Part shown: positions 26,454 through 39,537 of the stretch, piece by piece
Position numbering within the stretch: the stretch's first letter is position 1
Layout: each line of letters begins with the position of its first letter
NCBI GenBank assembly: GCA_051294905.1
Contig: CM119380.1
Coordinates: forward strand, 22,940,001-23,004,000
Direction: 5' to 3'
Length of the DNA: 64,000 nucleotides
Origin: Botryllus schlosseri
Lineage: Eukaryota
The notes under the pieces: model-generated
Database searches by the model: none
What the model was told of the DNA's origin: nothing
The model's input: the letters and a program-made list of their open reading frames with translations, nothing else
Program-made: the position numbers and the translations under genes

Positions 26454-27774
26454 CAGTGCTTCCCAACGAGTGGGTCGCGAACGCGAATAGGTGGGCCGCG
26501 AAGCCGTTTTAAATGTTACACTTTCGTATTCAATTTTCCAAATATTCCTAGCACTTTATATTCTCAAGATTAGAAAAGTAAATTCACATTCCCCTCCTCC
26601 AAATCAAATTGTTTTGCGCTCGTAAGCGCGACAGGCCACGTTGCCGTGCTCACAATAATTCGTGAGCCAGATTTTCGTCACAGTCATATTGATTGGAGCG
26701 AGAAATCTGACAGTGCGTTGTTGTGTATGCGTATGATTGAAATTCATTCTTTCCGCCAAACGCTTTTCGAACGTTGATCGGGAAATGCAGTAATCCAGCC
26801 CGATATGTCGTCATAATCAGCAAACAATTGCCGCAACACAAGCTATCCATAACCCCTTTGCGTTCAACGTATTAGAGACAATTGCTTACACATTGGATAC
26901 GCGCTTTCTTGTCTGCTGTTGTTTGTGGTGTTCATTGTGTTCTTCTACTACAATGGTCACGGTCATTTACACCTGGCCGATATTCTTTATTATGATTCCG
27001 CATCAGACGGCTTGGAACACGGTCCATTTCCACCGCCTAAGCAAATCGGGTGACGAGGAGCCTAGATAAGCTTTTCACGTCTGTAATCATCTGTTACATG
27101 CAGGACGTTAACTGCCGCACCGCAACCCGTCAATTGGTGCATCGAGCTCGAAGAGGGGCCAAAATAATCCCACGAGTCAACATACATTGTGGACTATTTG
27201 TTTGGAGAATTATTAAACTTCTATCAAATTTTCTTCGCGTCGCGCGCGATTTGACATCTTTAGATGTCTTGGTTGTTTAATAGCGGTAGTGCGGTACCCA
27301 TCTCCCTAATAAAATAATACGCATACTTTATAGAAATAGGCCTTTCGGTGTCGGCCATTACCGCGCCACGACATACTGTATGAAGTGTCGGCAAACATGC
27401 GACTCCGAGAAATATGCTGTCAGAAAGATCGACAATGAGAAAACCTCTGCCCAAAAGGATCGAAATCTTCGGTATACATATATCGCGAATAGTCCATTGA
27501 CTATAGGTGCCTTAATGGCGCTCTCCAAATATTGATGTCGCCAAAAATTCATAGTAGCATATGCAATTGCCAATATCATTGACCGAATGCCATCATGAAT
27601 TCTGAAAAATATTCATGCTAGGAGCGACCAGATAACTGTAACGCACTGACAACATAAAAACTGGCGCCCACGAGCAGTGGTTTAAATTTTAGTCGCGAAA
27701 GGGCGTCTCGTGGGTCGCGCAATGAAATTTGGATGAAAAGTGCGTCGCGAACTGAAGAAGGTTGGGAAGCACTG
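26454..27774. mobile_element. hAT non-autonomous element with nested SINE
   Basis: TIRs cagtgcttcccaac / gttgggaagcactg; TSD ctgtaagc / ctgtaagt (7/8). Confidence 0.8.
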
Positions 27775-28169
27775 CTGTAAGTGAATCGAATTGAGGTCAT
27801 ATCAATCTCCCAGCGATGTCGATAGTCAGCGTCGTTTCAGCAATAATTGTTTGTTTCTTACAAATTGGGGTATCCAATGTCGAAGCAGAAGAAACTATCT
27901 TATCAATGAAATGGACACAGTGATATTTTATTGTTAATATTTTCCGATTACACTAATATTCTTCTCTCATTCTTAGCTCGCAACGGATGTATATTTGAAT
28001 AAATAAAATTAAAATTATTATCAATTCCGCTACAATCTTTTCGCAACAACGAGGGTGAGGGTTGTTTTTGGCCACCGTTTGCGAATTTGAATCGCTATTT
28101 CTATGTTGGTCGATTCATATTCATAAATTCAATGTGTGTAAGCTGCATGCAGTATAGATTGGTATAACC

Positions 28170-28752
28170 CAGGATTGTAACAAGTCACAGGGCTCCGAGT
28201 CACAAGTCAATCTCACTTTTATAGTTTTGACTCGAGTCAAGTCGAGTCATTTTCTATTCACCTCCGAGTCAAGTCCGAATCCAAGTCAGCGAGGAGAGGG
28301 TCGAGTTCGAGTCATGGTATGATGACTCGAGTCCCAATCCAAGTAATTGCGTAGACTGCTCAGTTTCCAGATGAAGTCTTGTTAAATCCACTTTTTATAA
28401 CTCTGTTTTTTTATATCGAATGGTTCGCATTTATAATATAATATTTTTCCTCACTTTTCGCAGTTTATGGTCGCATTTTCAAGTACCAGTACCGATAGAC
28501 GAAATCCCAATAGCGAGGTTACTTTACTATTTTTCGTAAAGCTTTTTGGAGGTACAGAACTTCAATATATATATTTTACGAAATTACAATGAAATGTCGC
28601 TCTTGGCCGTCTGAATCTCGAGTCATATGACTTGGTTCGAGTCATGCGCAAGTTGAGTCAATACACAAATTGACTCGAGTCGAGTCGAGTCATTTCCGTA
28701 TTTTGAGAAAATCACTCGAGTCAAGTCATCAGAAAATCATGACTCGAGTCAG
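28170..28752 (+). mobile_element. MITE rich in GACTCGAGTC palindromes (right end truncated)
   Basis: Colinear with the complete copy at 38571-39153. Confidence 0.75.
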
Positions 28753-29157
28753 ACTGCAGAGAAAAAAATTATACGCCCTTATAGAAATACCAACTTGGAA
28801 TCATGTGTTCCTCACGAAGGAAATTCGTTTCTGGTACGTTTGAGCGATTCCAATATCTTTCCACTATACTGACATTCCTGATGGGAGGTCAAGAAATAAC
28901 AGCATGCGACAAAATGACTAATCACCATTGGCCCACCCGAAGATCAATCCGCATTTATAACTAGCCCTAAATTATTTAAAACACCCCTCCATCAACTCTA
29001 CCGGAGAATCTGATCACATGGGATGCGAAAAGATAAATGTTTGATATATGTGAGACTACTAATATTAAGGACGAAATTCGTTCGTTAATCCCAGAATTTA
29101 TTCACATGTCCAGTGACCAACTGACCACTCGTGATTTCGGTGCATAGGCCTATACAT

Positions 29158-29745
29158 CAGGGGCGGGCAACATACGAACCGTGGGCCGGATCCGGCAAGC
29201 GACGGGATTTTGAGCGCCCCTCAGAGAGTTTCTGACCAGAAAGTGAAATTCTAATCTGAAAGCATTGACAAATTGTATGCGTCACAGAATCAATGCAAGT
29301 TTGCCAACCTGAGAGAGATGGTCATGAAACTACTTGTTCTGCTTGCATCGACCTACCTACATACGAGCGAGCGAACAATTTCGACCATAAACATTAACCG
29401 AATAAGGCTGCGTTCCAATATAAATACAACTGCTGTTCACGTGCAGTCTTTACCAAGGGTTTTTACACCCGTCATGCAGCCAGAGTTCAAAGAACTTGTT
29501 GACAACTTTGATCGACCACAGCGGCTTGATTGACCTCAACAGCTATTCAAGTACACTAGGTTGAAATTCATTAAATACCGTTATTGGTCTCTATATTGCT
29601 TTGAACTTGAAGTCTACATTAAATACGATATTTTCCTTGTATAGGCGGATAAATACGCGATTAATGTATCGATTCTATATTCCTGCCCGCCAATACTTCA
29701 TTTTCCCATGTCAGGCCCGCCGACCGGAGACGTTGCCCGCTCCTG
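29158..29745 (+). mobile_element. Internally deleted hAT (Buster/GTF2IRD2-like) retaining the transposase dimerization domain
   Basis: TIRs caggggcgggcaac / gttgcccgctcctg; ORF 29273-29533 KFANLREMVMKLLVLLASTYL..ERTISTININRIRLRS resembles the hAT C-terminal dimerization domain. Confidence 0.85.
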
Positions 29746-31530
29746 GCCTATATAGTATGCCTATATGGAAAGTAGATTAGCCCGGAGTTCACCGGAAATG
29801 GACAATTGGACATGGACACTGGACAATTTCACAAATAGGTATATTTGGTGCCTAGTTAGTGCATTACGGCTATGTCCCGGAATGCAACCGTTGGCTACAT
29901 AAGTGATCGAAATGTGTCCGTGACTGGCCATCCCAGTTATAAATAAATTGAGTTCAAATTTGTTTTATTACAAATACAATTTTATTTACTTCCGTCGGAC
30001 ACTGTAAACAGGCGGAACGAGAAACATCGCCATAGTGTGTCGATATTAACGACATATACAGTTTATAATCGACGTCCACATCTATATATGTACGATGATA
30101 ACTATGGAATTATGAAAAATAATAAGCGTGCGCGGATGACGGGTTACACTAGAAATGCTCTCCAACATTGATGAGGCATACTTGCGCTTGATGACGACTA
30201 TGTAGTGTACAACGAAACAATAGCGGACCAAGTGCGATTGATAATTGGCTACTCTTGGCTTCTACAATGACCTCTATTTTCAGAATCCGTCCAGTGTCCA
30301 TCGTATGAGAGATATACTCATAACCCCAAGAAACTAACGCAATGAAATCCGTTTAGGGAGAGAAGTAATTTCATGCGATTGCAAAAAGAAACATCAAAAG
30401 AAAGATCCAATCGCAGAGTAATAGGATATCGCAATCCCAATTATGCGATGTTCCCGTTCAATTTATATGCGCAGATATCAGCAATTTATCCTTTTCATGA
30501 GGGAAATTCTCAAAAGAGTCGGTCGATATACCCGATGTCGTGACCAGAGAATGCAGTTTCGAATTGAACCTATTTGTAATATCCTTCACTCACGACGACG
30601 AGATTTATGTATTTCAGTATGAGAAGTTGTCATCTGCGGTTGACTCACAAAAGTGTGCGACGCCTCTTTCCAATCCATGTTTTAAACTTAGTAGATTGAT
30701 CATTTTTTTGTATTTTACCCGCCATCTCAACCGTGTAAGCGGTGTCCTATAAATGTCTAGAAGTGGGCCGCGCTGCAAGTCGGCAGCTACGGAATAAAAA
30801 TGAAGAACATTGGCCTGGTCTAAATGACTATAGTAGTCGACAAACCCCATGAATACCTCAAAAAACAAACAAACAAACTTGAAATGGTTTTGAATTGTTC
30901 TGGAAATCAATACGTGTTCTTGATTACAGATTGGCGAAATCATATTTACATATGCTCCCGACACTCGACTATCATCGGTGACTATTCTTTGACCGCGCTC
31001 CATGCCATCCATCCATATTCAATGCTAACTCTTGAACTATTACAAACTGAAATCTAGTTAAACGAGGATTTTATGCCGCGAAAGAACAGCTGCTTCGCGT
31101 TTTGCTACGTGACTCATGGGATCAACCGGTCGGCGGTCGTATTCAAGGCTGTTGTTCGCTGCATGATTTGATGAAATCTAACTTGAGCGATGCAACCAAG
31201 TGTGCAGTATTGCCAAACCTTCCAAGAAACCACGTCGTGGACTTTGCTCGGTGGAGAATAAAGACCTGCAACTCGGATTGCTTCCCGTTTGAATATGTTT
31301 TGAGGTGTGTGCGAGTGCAAAGGTGTATTTAGGCAAGGTCCCTGTGAGACAATATAGGCAACGTTTATTATGTGTGATTCTGATTTCTTTTAACAAGACA
31401 AACCCACGTTCAACCAGCGAACGAAGATCCGTAAATTTGTAGAAAAATATATAATTTTTACAGATCGGGAAGAAGTCCATCGAATTCTATCGGCTCTGCG
31501 TACGATTCTTAACGTACGAATAGCGCAACA

Positions 31531-34500
31531 ATGAAATTAATTTTTGCATTAGGGGTGTTTCTTATTATTGTCACTCATAATGACGCAGCACCAACCGATA
31601 AAGGTGAGAATTCAAACTGAGAGCGAAGTCGATTAGTTTTGTAATCAAATCTATACATTCCAGTTGACCTGCTTGCACCTGTGATGGGATTTTGGAATTC
31701 ATTCTAGTAAGTATACAAAATGATAATGGGGTCGAAGTGGAAGAAATGAGATGAGATGAAATTTCCTATAGAACAGGGGTCACCAACCTTTTTGCAACCG
31801 AGGGCTACTTTTGCGTAATGATTGAAGCGGCGGGCTACTATTTACTCTAGGCTTACCATATTTTGGAAATGTAAAAAGAGGACATTTTTTCAGAAATTTC
31901 TGACATGCAAAACTGGAGAAGAATTCTCAAAAGTAAATTTTTCCCACTTCGTGATCGGTTGACTAAAAAAAAAATGTCTTCTTTTCGCTCAGAGCTAAAA
32001 TCACCGCTTTTCCCTCCGAAATACCCGCCGGAGCTTCACTTCTGCGGTAATTTGCGGCATATCACTCGTAATTTCCTCTAAATCTGACCTAAATTTTCAA
32101 AAAAGAAGACAAAATCTCAAAAAAGAGGACAAAAGGGCGTCCTCCGAGGACACTTTCAAAAGAGTCAAAAAAGAGGACAAGTCCTCTTAAAAGAGCCTAA
32201 TTTACTCCCGTCGTTTACCCGTACCACACTGAATTTCCGCTTTGATATTCATAGCACTGGCTATGACTGGACATCATGTTATCTGTTTCTATAGCAGTTA
32301 GTGGGAAGTCTAGCATTGTATGATATCAACTAGTGCGCTGTACTCTGGTATTTAACTTGATACTGCAATTCTGAGTGAGTGTTCCAGATGTGCATTAATT
32401 AGGCGTGTTTTGTGTTTGTTTTTGATGAAGTTCATGTCCGAAACGGCTGATTCACAACGATAAGTTGAACCATAGACGCTTGCAACCTTCATAGCTGCTG
32501 CGCATACACCACTGTACTTTTCCGTATCAACAATGCACCAAACGTTTGCTGCAGACTGAGGTGGAGGTCATTTTGCAGTGTTACAATTTCAATCTCCAAC
32601 TGTTCAGCATCCAGAAATGACAAGATTTCATTATACCGGACAGCAGCAACGATTACAGAAAGTTAGAAACATGGTATATTAAACTGTGTTGAGTGTAACA
32701 GAAACAAGCTGTGCCAAAAGATGCAATACGTAATGGGTATTATACAGATATTGAAAATCTGCTAGTACTTCACGGCTATCCGACTCCGAATAGTAATATT
32801 GTTTACTACTTTGTCATTGTCCTGGTCGTCGAGCTATCGTAACGGAACCCCCCACCATTTCAAGAAGACCATGAACGGCATTCCGTCATGTCGCCTGTAT
32901 ATAGGCAATGCGCCATATCTTGAATTTCTGGTGATTCTATCACATATATATCCATATAGCCTATTACTAATTGTAATTGAAGATATTTTTATTTTTTTTT
33001 ATATGTAAGTTACATGTTAGTGTGTTTTAAACAAGAATAGCTGAATCAATCAATCTATATAGGCCTATCTAAAAAGTCACTGGTAATAATCTGACGAATA
33101 GTAAATGCTGCTATTCCACCTATTTTTAGAATGGGCTCGCGGGCTACTCATCTTGTCCACGCGGGCTACCTGGTGCCCGCGGGCACCGGGTTGGTGACCC
33201 CTGCTATAGAATGTATTGCGTATAGACCAGGGTTGGGCAATTATTTTCCTCCGTGGGCCAAATGGGAAAAATAAATGCGTTGGCGGGCCGAGTGAAAAAT
33301 TTAGCTATATTCTACAGCGTTTTTTAATTTTATTTCTAAATGACATTGTTAATAAATGCTGCTCAGTGAATGTGTCGATATTAGGTAATGAGAAAGATTG
33401 TTCACTAAACTTCGACTTCGCACCACCCTTCTGATGCTTTCACGTCTCGCAGTTCGAGAACCAACGAACTGAAATGTATATGCAATAGTACAAAGCTTAT
33501 TTTCTTGGTCGCTGCCTTCCGAGCAGTGTGCAGCTTAAAAAGCCTTTATGTTGAGCGAAGCTTGCAGTTTTTCTGAACTTTGCCCTCCCTTGACCGAGTG
33601 TTTCGTGTTTTTGTCATAAGACCGACTTTAATTAAAATCCTTAATTTCGGCGACATGATCAGCAAAACTGAAAGGATGGGTTTACCCGTGACTCCAGTAT
33701 GCGAATATTTAGTGCTCTAAATTCTAAATCTAAACCTTCTTTGAATTTCAGTTTTCGGCTTTCCTTTTTTGGCATACCCGTTAATCCTTTATGGGTGATA
33801 GATATGATGAGTCATATAGTAATCGCGAGTACTGATTGACTTGTTTTACGAATTAAGGATTTGGAAACATATCACGCCACAAATTGAAATAAACGCTGTA
33901 TAATGCGTAATGTGACAATGTCAACAAGGAAGGTTCGAACTAAACTATATGGCAAGACTGATTTCTTGTGAACCAAATTTCTACTCATTCTTTGCCGCAT
34001 TCCCTTTATTTTGAATGTGGATTACGCATGCCGGGTACATGCAGCGTAATCGTGACATATTAATGAACAGGCTTCAGAGTAAACGAATATCTTGTTCATT
34101 TGACCCCGCCTATAGTTTTAGTCATTCAAAAAGCAAGTTTTATGTTTTGAAATCCAAGCAACCTTTCGCGGGCCGGACAGAATGGCTTCGCAGGTCGCAC
34201 TTTGTCCAGGTTATAGGTGTAGACCAGTGGTTCCCAACCTTTTTCGACTCATCGCCCCCTTTTGAAGCTCCATACCGATCATCGCCCCCCAAATATTGGG
34301 AACCGAAAAAATGAGTATACAAACTGGGATCACCGGCGAGTTGACTAATAACAAAAAAGTCAACTTTTCGGCTCGACGGCTCGAAATTATATTAGCTATA
34401 CCCTATTTCAGGTACTGTTTGGTGAGTCACCGTATTTAGCCTAAACGCGCGAAGCGCGACAAATTTATATAATTCATGGTATAATTCATGGTCAATATGG

Positions 34501-35803
34501 CCGGGAATTGCATATATATTGCTATCAATTTTTTATCCTCTCTCTGCTCACGTAATCAGATTTACCGGTAGAGCTGAGTGTGGTGTGCTGGAAAAGGTAG
34601 GACCCCTAAATAATAATTAAACATCTTGGGGCGGACTCGTTGTTGTATGATGCTTTTTCGTGACCTCCTATATCTGCTATGTCAAAATATATGGAAATCG
34701 CTAAAACGTACCAAACTAAAAGACGCACATGATTTCAAATTGGTATTTCTTAACCGGAAAAAAAATGTTCTCTGCGGGATGGCATTTGTCCCGTAGGGTT
34801 CAGATCGCCAGGACATATGACAATAGTAAATTGCGCGCAGCGCAAAATTTTTTGAAAAAGTTGCATAAATTTCTAAACGGTCCTGACTCTATATAGCCGT
34901 TTTAACGCGCCATCGCCACGCTATCGCCCCTTCATTGTTTTCGCCCCCTATCGCCCCTTCGTCCGTTTTCGCCCCCTATCGCCCCCTTCGTTATTTTCGC
35001 CCCCCTAGACCGCCAAATCGCCCCCTGGGGGGCGATATCGCCCACGTTGGGAACCACTGGTGTAGACTGTAGGTAGATTATGGGAAATAATATTGATGGA
35101 ATACTATATAGTGTGCTGGATTGATTGTTCAAGTTTGATCGCACACTGCAAATATATATGGTGAGGCAATAATGAATCTAGTGACCAACACCTACGGCGG
35201 AGATGTTAATCGTCTCGCATAGTTGTATAAGACTTCGCGCGAGGATTATCCCGAGTCGTCTGGTGAAACTTTGAATCCAGTAAAGTATAGGTTGCCACGG
35301 TTAACAGTTTTAATCAAACGATTAGCATTTTCCGGAAAAGCTAACTTTATGATCTCCGTCCTTAGAGGGGAATTCTGGGGTCGACCCGACTCGGGCACAT
35401 CTCGATGAAGTCGCTACGCAGGGTTATGTTAATCGCTGTCTCAAATCGTTGGAATCTCAATAATAACATCGTTCGTTTCGTCTCAAACAGCAACAAAATC
35501 TCTCAATATTCCACGGCAACAGTGGAAACGGTCAAGGACTTGTATTCGGAACACGCTTCCGACACCGTCGACACGATCAAGACGACCTACCAGTCTCGGC
35601 GTGAAGAGGGAAGGAATGCGTTGACCGCTGCGGCTGTTGCCGCCAAAGATCTGATTCAGAATCACGCCGGGGAAGCGGTCCAGGAGCTTTCCGATACTTA
35701 CACTGAAAATCTTGAATCCGCGAGAAGTCAGGCGAAAAGGAAAAGAAAAAGAAAGGGAAGGAAAGGAAGTAAAGGAAAGAAGCGACGAAGAAATAGAGAA
35801 TAA
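31531..35803 (+). CDS. Gene A: secreted apolipoprotein-like amphipathic protein with polybasic tail, 142 aa, 3 coding exons
   Basis: Exons 31531-31603 (MKLIFALGVFLIIVTHNDAAPTDK, G|gtgaga, phase 1), 31664-31706 (ttccag|VDLLAPVMGFWNSF TA|gtaagt, phase 2), 35491-35803 (caaacag|C completes Tyr; NKISQYSTATVETVKDLYSEHAS...KRKRKRKGRKGSKGKKRRRNRE*). AATAAA overlaps the stop (35799-35804). Alternative acceptors at 35365 and 35420 would create stops. Confidence 0.75.
31774..33203 (-). mobile_element. Degraded hAT element in gene A intron 2
   Basis: TIRs caggggtcaccaacc / ggttggtgacccctg; perfect TSD ctatagaa; minus-strand remnant EQLEIEIVTLQND...AAMKVASVYGSTYRCESAVSDMNFIKNKHKTRL (dimerization domain). 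Confidence 0.9.
33228..34216 (-). mobile_element. Degraded hAT element with transposase N-terminal remnant
   Basis: Left TIR cagggttgggcaa, decayed right TIR; TSD gtatagac / gtgtagac; minus-strand remnant resembling the GKP.C...K..N..R.Y..KH zinc-finger region. Confidence 0.7.
34225..35059. mobile_element. hAT MITE with internal 27-bp tandem repeats
   Basis: TIRs cagtggttcccaac / gttgggaaccactg; perfect TSD gtgtagac; tatcgcccccttc...ttttcgccccc repeats at about 34922-35005. Confidence 0.9.
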
Positions 35804-38570
35804 AACTTTACATTATATATAGTTTTAGTTGACAAATATACATTCTCATCTCGTCATCACACCCGGGTTTTTGAATCATGTATCGCAATGTCCAAATCGC
35901 CGGGTTAGGATTTCAGTTATACTACATTCGGACCTGCCAACGTCGTAAATATCATGACTCTGAAGCTGTCAACGTATTGACGTAAATAAGTATAAAGTAT
36001 GCTAACGTAAGGGTGATCTTATGTATCGAATTTTGTGCATTATTATGCTATTGCTTAATGCATGCGAAAACCGCTTTTTTGAGATAGGAACTGTTGAAAT
36101 TTTCCATGCCTATTGCCCATTATGGTCACAGTATGTTGAAATATCGATGATCAATATATCTGTAACCATTTTCTCGCTTTTTACGTTACAATAAAGACCA
36201 CCGATTTCGTCTGTGATTGCATAATCAAATCCCGGGTGGATGAATTTCTTTCAGGGATAATTAGTTCAGTGTACTTTGGATTAGGATCCAACCGTGATAG
36301 TAAATCCTTGGTGGCAACTGGTTGGGTATTGACAATCAAGTGAACGGGTCTCGGGATATCCAAAGCGGCATCAGTAATGATTTGTTAGTTACGTGGTGAC
36401 GACATGAGCTAACTGACAGCTTCATTGAATTACTGCCGTTTGTCCAGGCAGCCTGCCTATCTTGTTTTCGTATTTGTAGTCGATCTGACAGTTTGACATA
36501 CTACTAAAATGAACCGCAGACTACAGACTGCTCTTTGCTAACATTGCCGCGTCGTGTTGCTTACAACTGACCCGTCGAGTTCACTCAGAATCAATCTATA
36601 GCAGCGCCTCTACGTACAATCAGGACCGTAACTGCCGCACCCCAAACCCCCTAGAAGGGAGCCCAAAATTATTTCGTGAATTACCATGAATTATAGTTTT
36701 TTCTGGAAATTTAAACAACTTTTTCGCGATTTAATATTACCAAATATCTTGATTATTGGGTACCGTTCCCCAGGAAACATCCGCATGATGATGATCAAGA
36801 TGATGATCATAATGAAATGAACATTTCGGCGTCTCCATTACTGCGCCACGACGCACTGAGACAAATGAAGTTTTAGGCCCGTGTAACATGTGACTCCGAG
36901 AAATTATATATGCATGTTTTCATTGTTTAGTTGTCCATAAGCGTTAAATGGCTGGAGCCTAATGTAGGCCTACCTGTCCTGGAAATCTGGACCCCACAAG
37001 ACAAGTGACATACCGCAATGAAGAAATACCAATTTAAAATCGTGTGAGTCTTTTATTTTAGTGCGTTTGAGTGATTTCAATATCTCTTGACATAGCAGAC
37101 CGAGATCACGAAATAACATAATGTAACGAAGTTATTATACCAACGGGTCCGCCCGAAGCTGTTTGATTTTTATTTACGGGCCCTAGATTTTTTCCAAGAC
37201 ACCTCCCTCAGCTCTACCGGTAAATCTGATTATGTAAGCAGAGACAGAATAAAAATTTGATAGCAATATACATGCATTTCCCGAAAATATTGACCGATTC
37301 ATGAATTATAGTATCGATCGAAGCTGACTCACTACACGTTCGAGAGATCTCTCTGATAAGCAGGGGTCAAATGTACAAGCTGGTGGGGGTCTGGGGGGTG
37401 AAGGCCCCAGAAGTTTTGTTCATCACCTCGGTTAATATCGATTTTGATTCGTAGTGAGATAAGTCTTGTTTTCAAAACCTAATCCGGTTAACTCTTATCG
37501 GAGGACTTAAAAAAGGCCATCATAATATAAATGGCCCGCGCACTTTTCATAAATCTAGTGTGGCCCTCTGGCCGAAAAGATTGGCCGCCCCTGAAAAAGG
37601 CTGTTCGGGTACATAAGCAAATGTTTCTCCTCATTTAAACGTTGATAATCGATTTATTGATTACTTTTGGAGTAGAACAGAGTGGAGTTGACATGTGTTC
37701 CGCTTGCGATATCTGTCTGTAATGATTCTCGAGGAAACCAGCGCGAGAGCTCAAAAATATTGGATTGGTACTTTTTGCGAGATGTTTATAAATAGCGCAT
37801 AGTACATCATTGCATCCGCGTAGCTAGGGTGTCTGGGGGGTCGCGTTTAAGAACTGCTGTGCTGGATGGTGGTCCGGTAACCTCGAGCCCTGATTAGTAT
37901 TTAGCATTTCAAATACGTTACAGCCTTGTTCATCCTTATTTCAACATGCCAGAGGTGGACAACATACAGGCGTACGAAGTTAAACAATAATTATGCGGCC
38001 TTTAACATATAATTAAATTAGCGAGTGTTGGCGACCGTCAATATGCAATATGAATTTACAATTTGGTTCCCAAATCTTTGAGTGAATTTAAACTTGAAAA
38101 TTTTGTTCACGCTTGGCGCGATTCGGGTGACTAGGATTTTTCTTTTTTAATATAATAGTGTCATATGAGTCCCACCGTACAAATGCGAACCACAAAGGAG
38201 TATGGCGCACCCCATCAAGAAACACCAAGTTGGAATCGTGTGCGTATGACGAATGAAGGTTTTTCTTGTACGTTTGGCCGCATCCAATACAATATATATT
38301 TCGAATATGCCATCAATCCTGATGGGAGGTCAAAAATAACAACATGCAACAAGGCGATTAATAAATATCGGAAGACGCATCATCATTCATTTTGTTCCCA
38401 AAATTTTCGAAGACACCCCATCCTTCAGCTCTGTCGTTTAATCCGATCACGTGGGCTAAGAGTGGATAAATATTTGGCAGTAACATATGAAACAACCAAT
38501 ATTATCAACGAAATAAATTTTCCAGATGTAAAAAATTTTCGCGCACCGCGTGACTAGAAATGGAATCCAG

Positions 38571-39153
38571 CAGGGTTGTAACCAAGTCACAAGGCTCCGA
38601 GTCAAAAGTCAATCTCACTTTTATAGTTTTGACTCGAGTCAAGTCGAGTAGTTTTCAATTCACCACCAAGTCAAGTCCCAGACCAAGTCAGCGAGCAGAG
38701 GGTTGATTCTGACATTTCTGAGTCATGCCATTATTATGACTCGAGTCCGAGTCCAAGTCATTCTGTTGACTGCTCATTTCCTGTTAAAGTCTTATTAAAT
38801 CCAACTATTTGTAACTCTGTTTGGTGATATCTAATGGTTCGCATTTATTATAAACTAATTTTCCTCGCTTTTAGCAGTTTCGGGTCGCATTTTCAAGTAC
38901 CAGGATCAATAGACGAAATCCCAATAGTGTGGTTACTTTACTATTCTTCGAAATTACAATGAAATGTCGATCTTGGCCGTATGAGTCTCGAGTCATATGA
39001 CTTGGTTCGAATCATGCGCGTTGACTCGAGTCCAAGTCGAGTCAATAAGCAGATTTACTCGAGTCGAGTCATTTCCGTATTTTGAGAAAATGACTCGAGT
39101 CAATCGAGTCATCAGAAAATCGTGTCATCATGACTCGAGCCTTTACAACCCTG
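38571..39153 (+). mobile_element. Complete GACTCGAGTC-rich hAT MITE (583 bp)
   Basis: TIRs cagggttgtaa / ttacaaccctg; TSD gaatccag / aaatccag (7/8). Confidence 0.85.
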
Positions 39154-39537
39154 AAATCCAGATAACTTCTAATATTTATACTTGCGATTTTAGTGCATAG
39201 ATGGTAAGCCTGCGGGGATGTTCTGCTGCTACAATTAAAAGCTTTTATATGCAAGGTATATCTTAAGAAATCAGTGATGGCACAAAGCACGACAAAGTCC
39301 CTCCGCGGTGCGAAGTTTCTAGGAGCCAATTTAACATGAGTATATGACGTCCAGATTGACCATAACGAGTCTCCACCGGAATGCGGCATTATGCTACAGT
39401 ATATATGTAATCAAAGCACGGCCATGAATAACAAATAGATTGAACACCCCTGGATTAAGCTTACCATGCGCAATCAGTGAATTATCTGTTCAGGGGTGTA
39501 CGTGTTTCGAGTAAACGCTAAAAGGGTGTACCACGAC

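Noticed and set aside
34412-34421. 10-nt microexon-like ccctatttcag|gtactgtttg|gtgagt
   Set aside because: It lies inside a TSD-bounded transposon, is phase-incompatible as an extra exon, and the exon at 31664-31706 already completes gene A.
35405-35490. ORF-track start MKSLRRVMLIAVSNRW... resembling a mitochondrial transit peptide
   Set aside because: Better explained as intron sequence before the acceptor at 35490, which joins in phase with the two upstream exons of gene A.
38165-38557. 130-aa ORF
   Set aside because: Homologous to a stop-riddled dispersed copy at about 28790-29090, so it is a repeat remnant.
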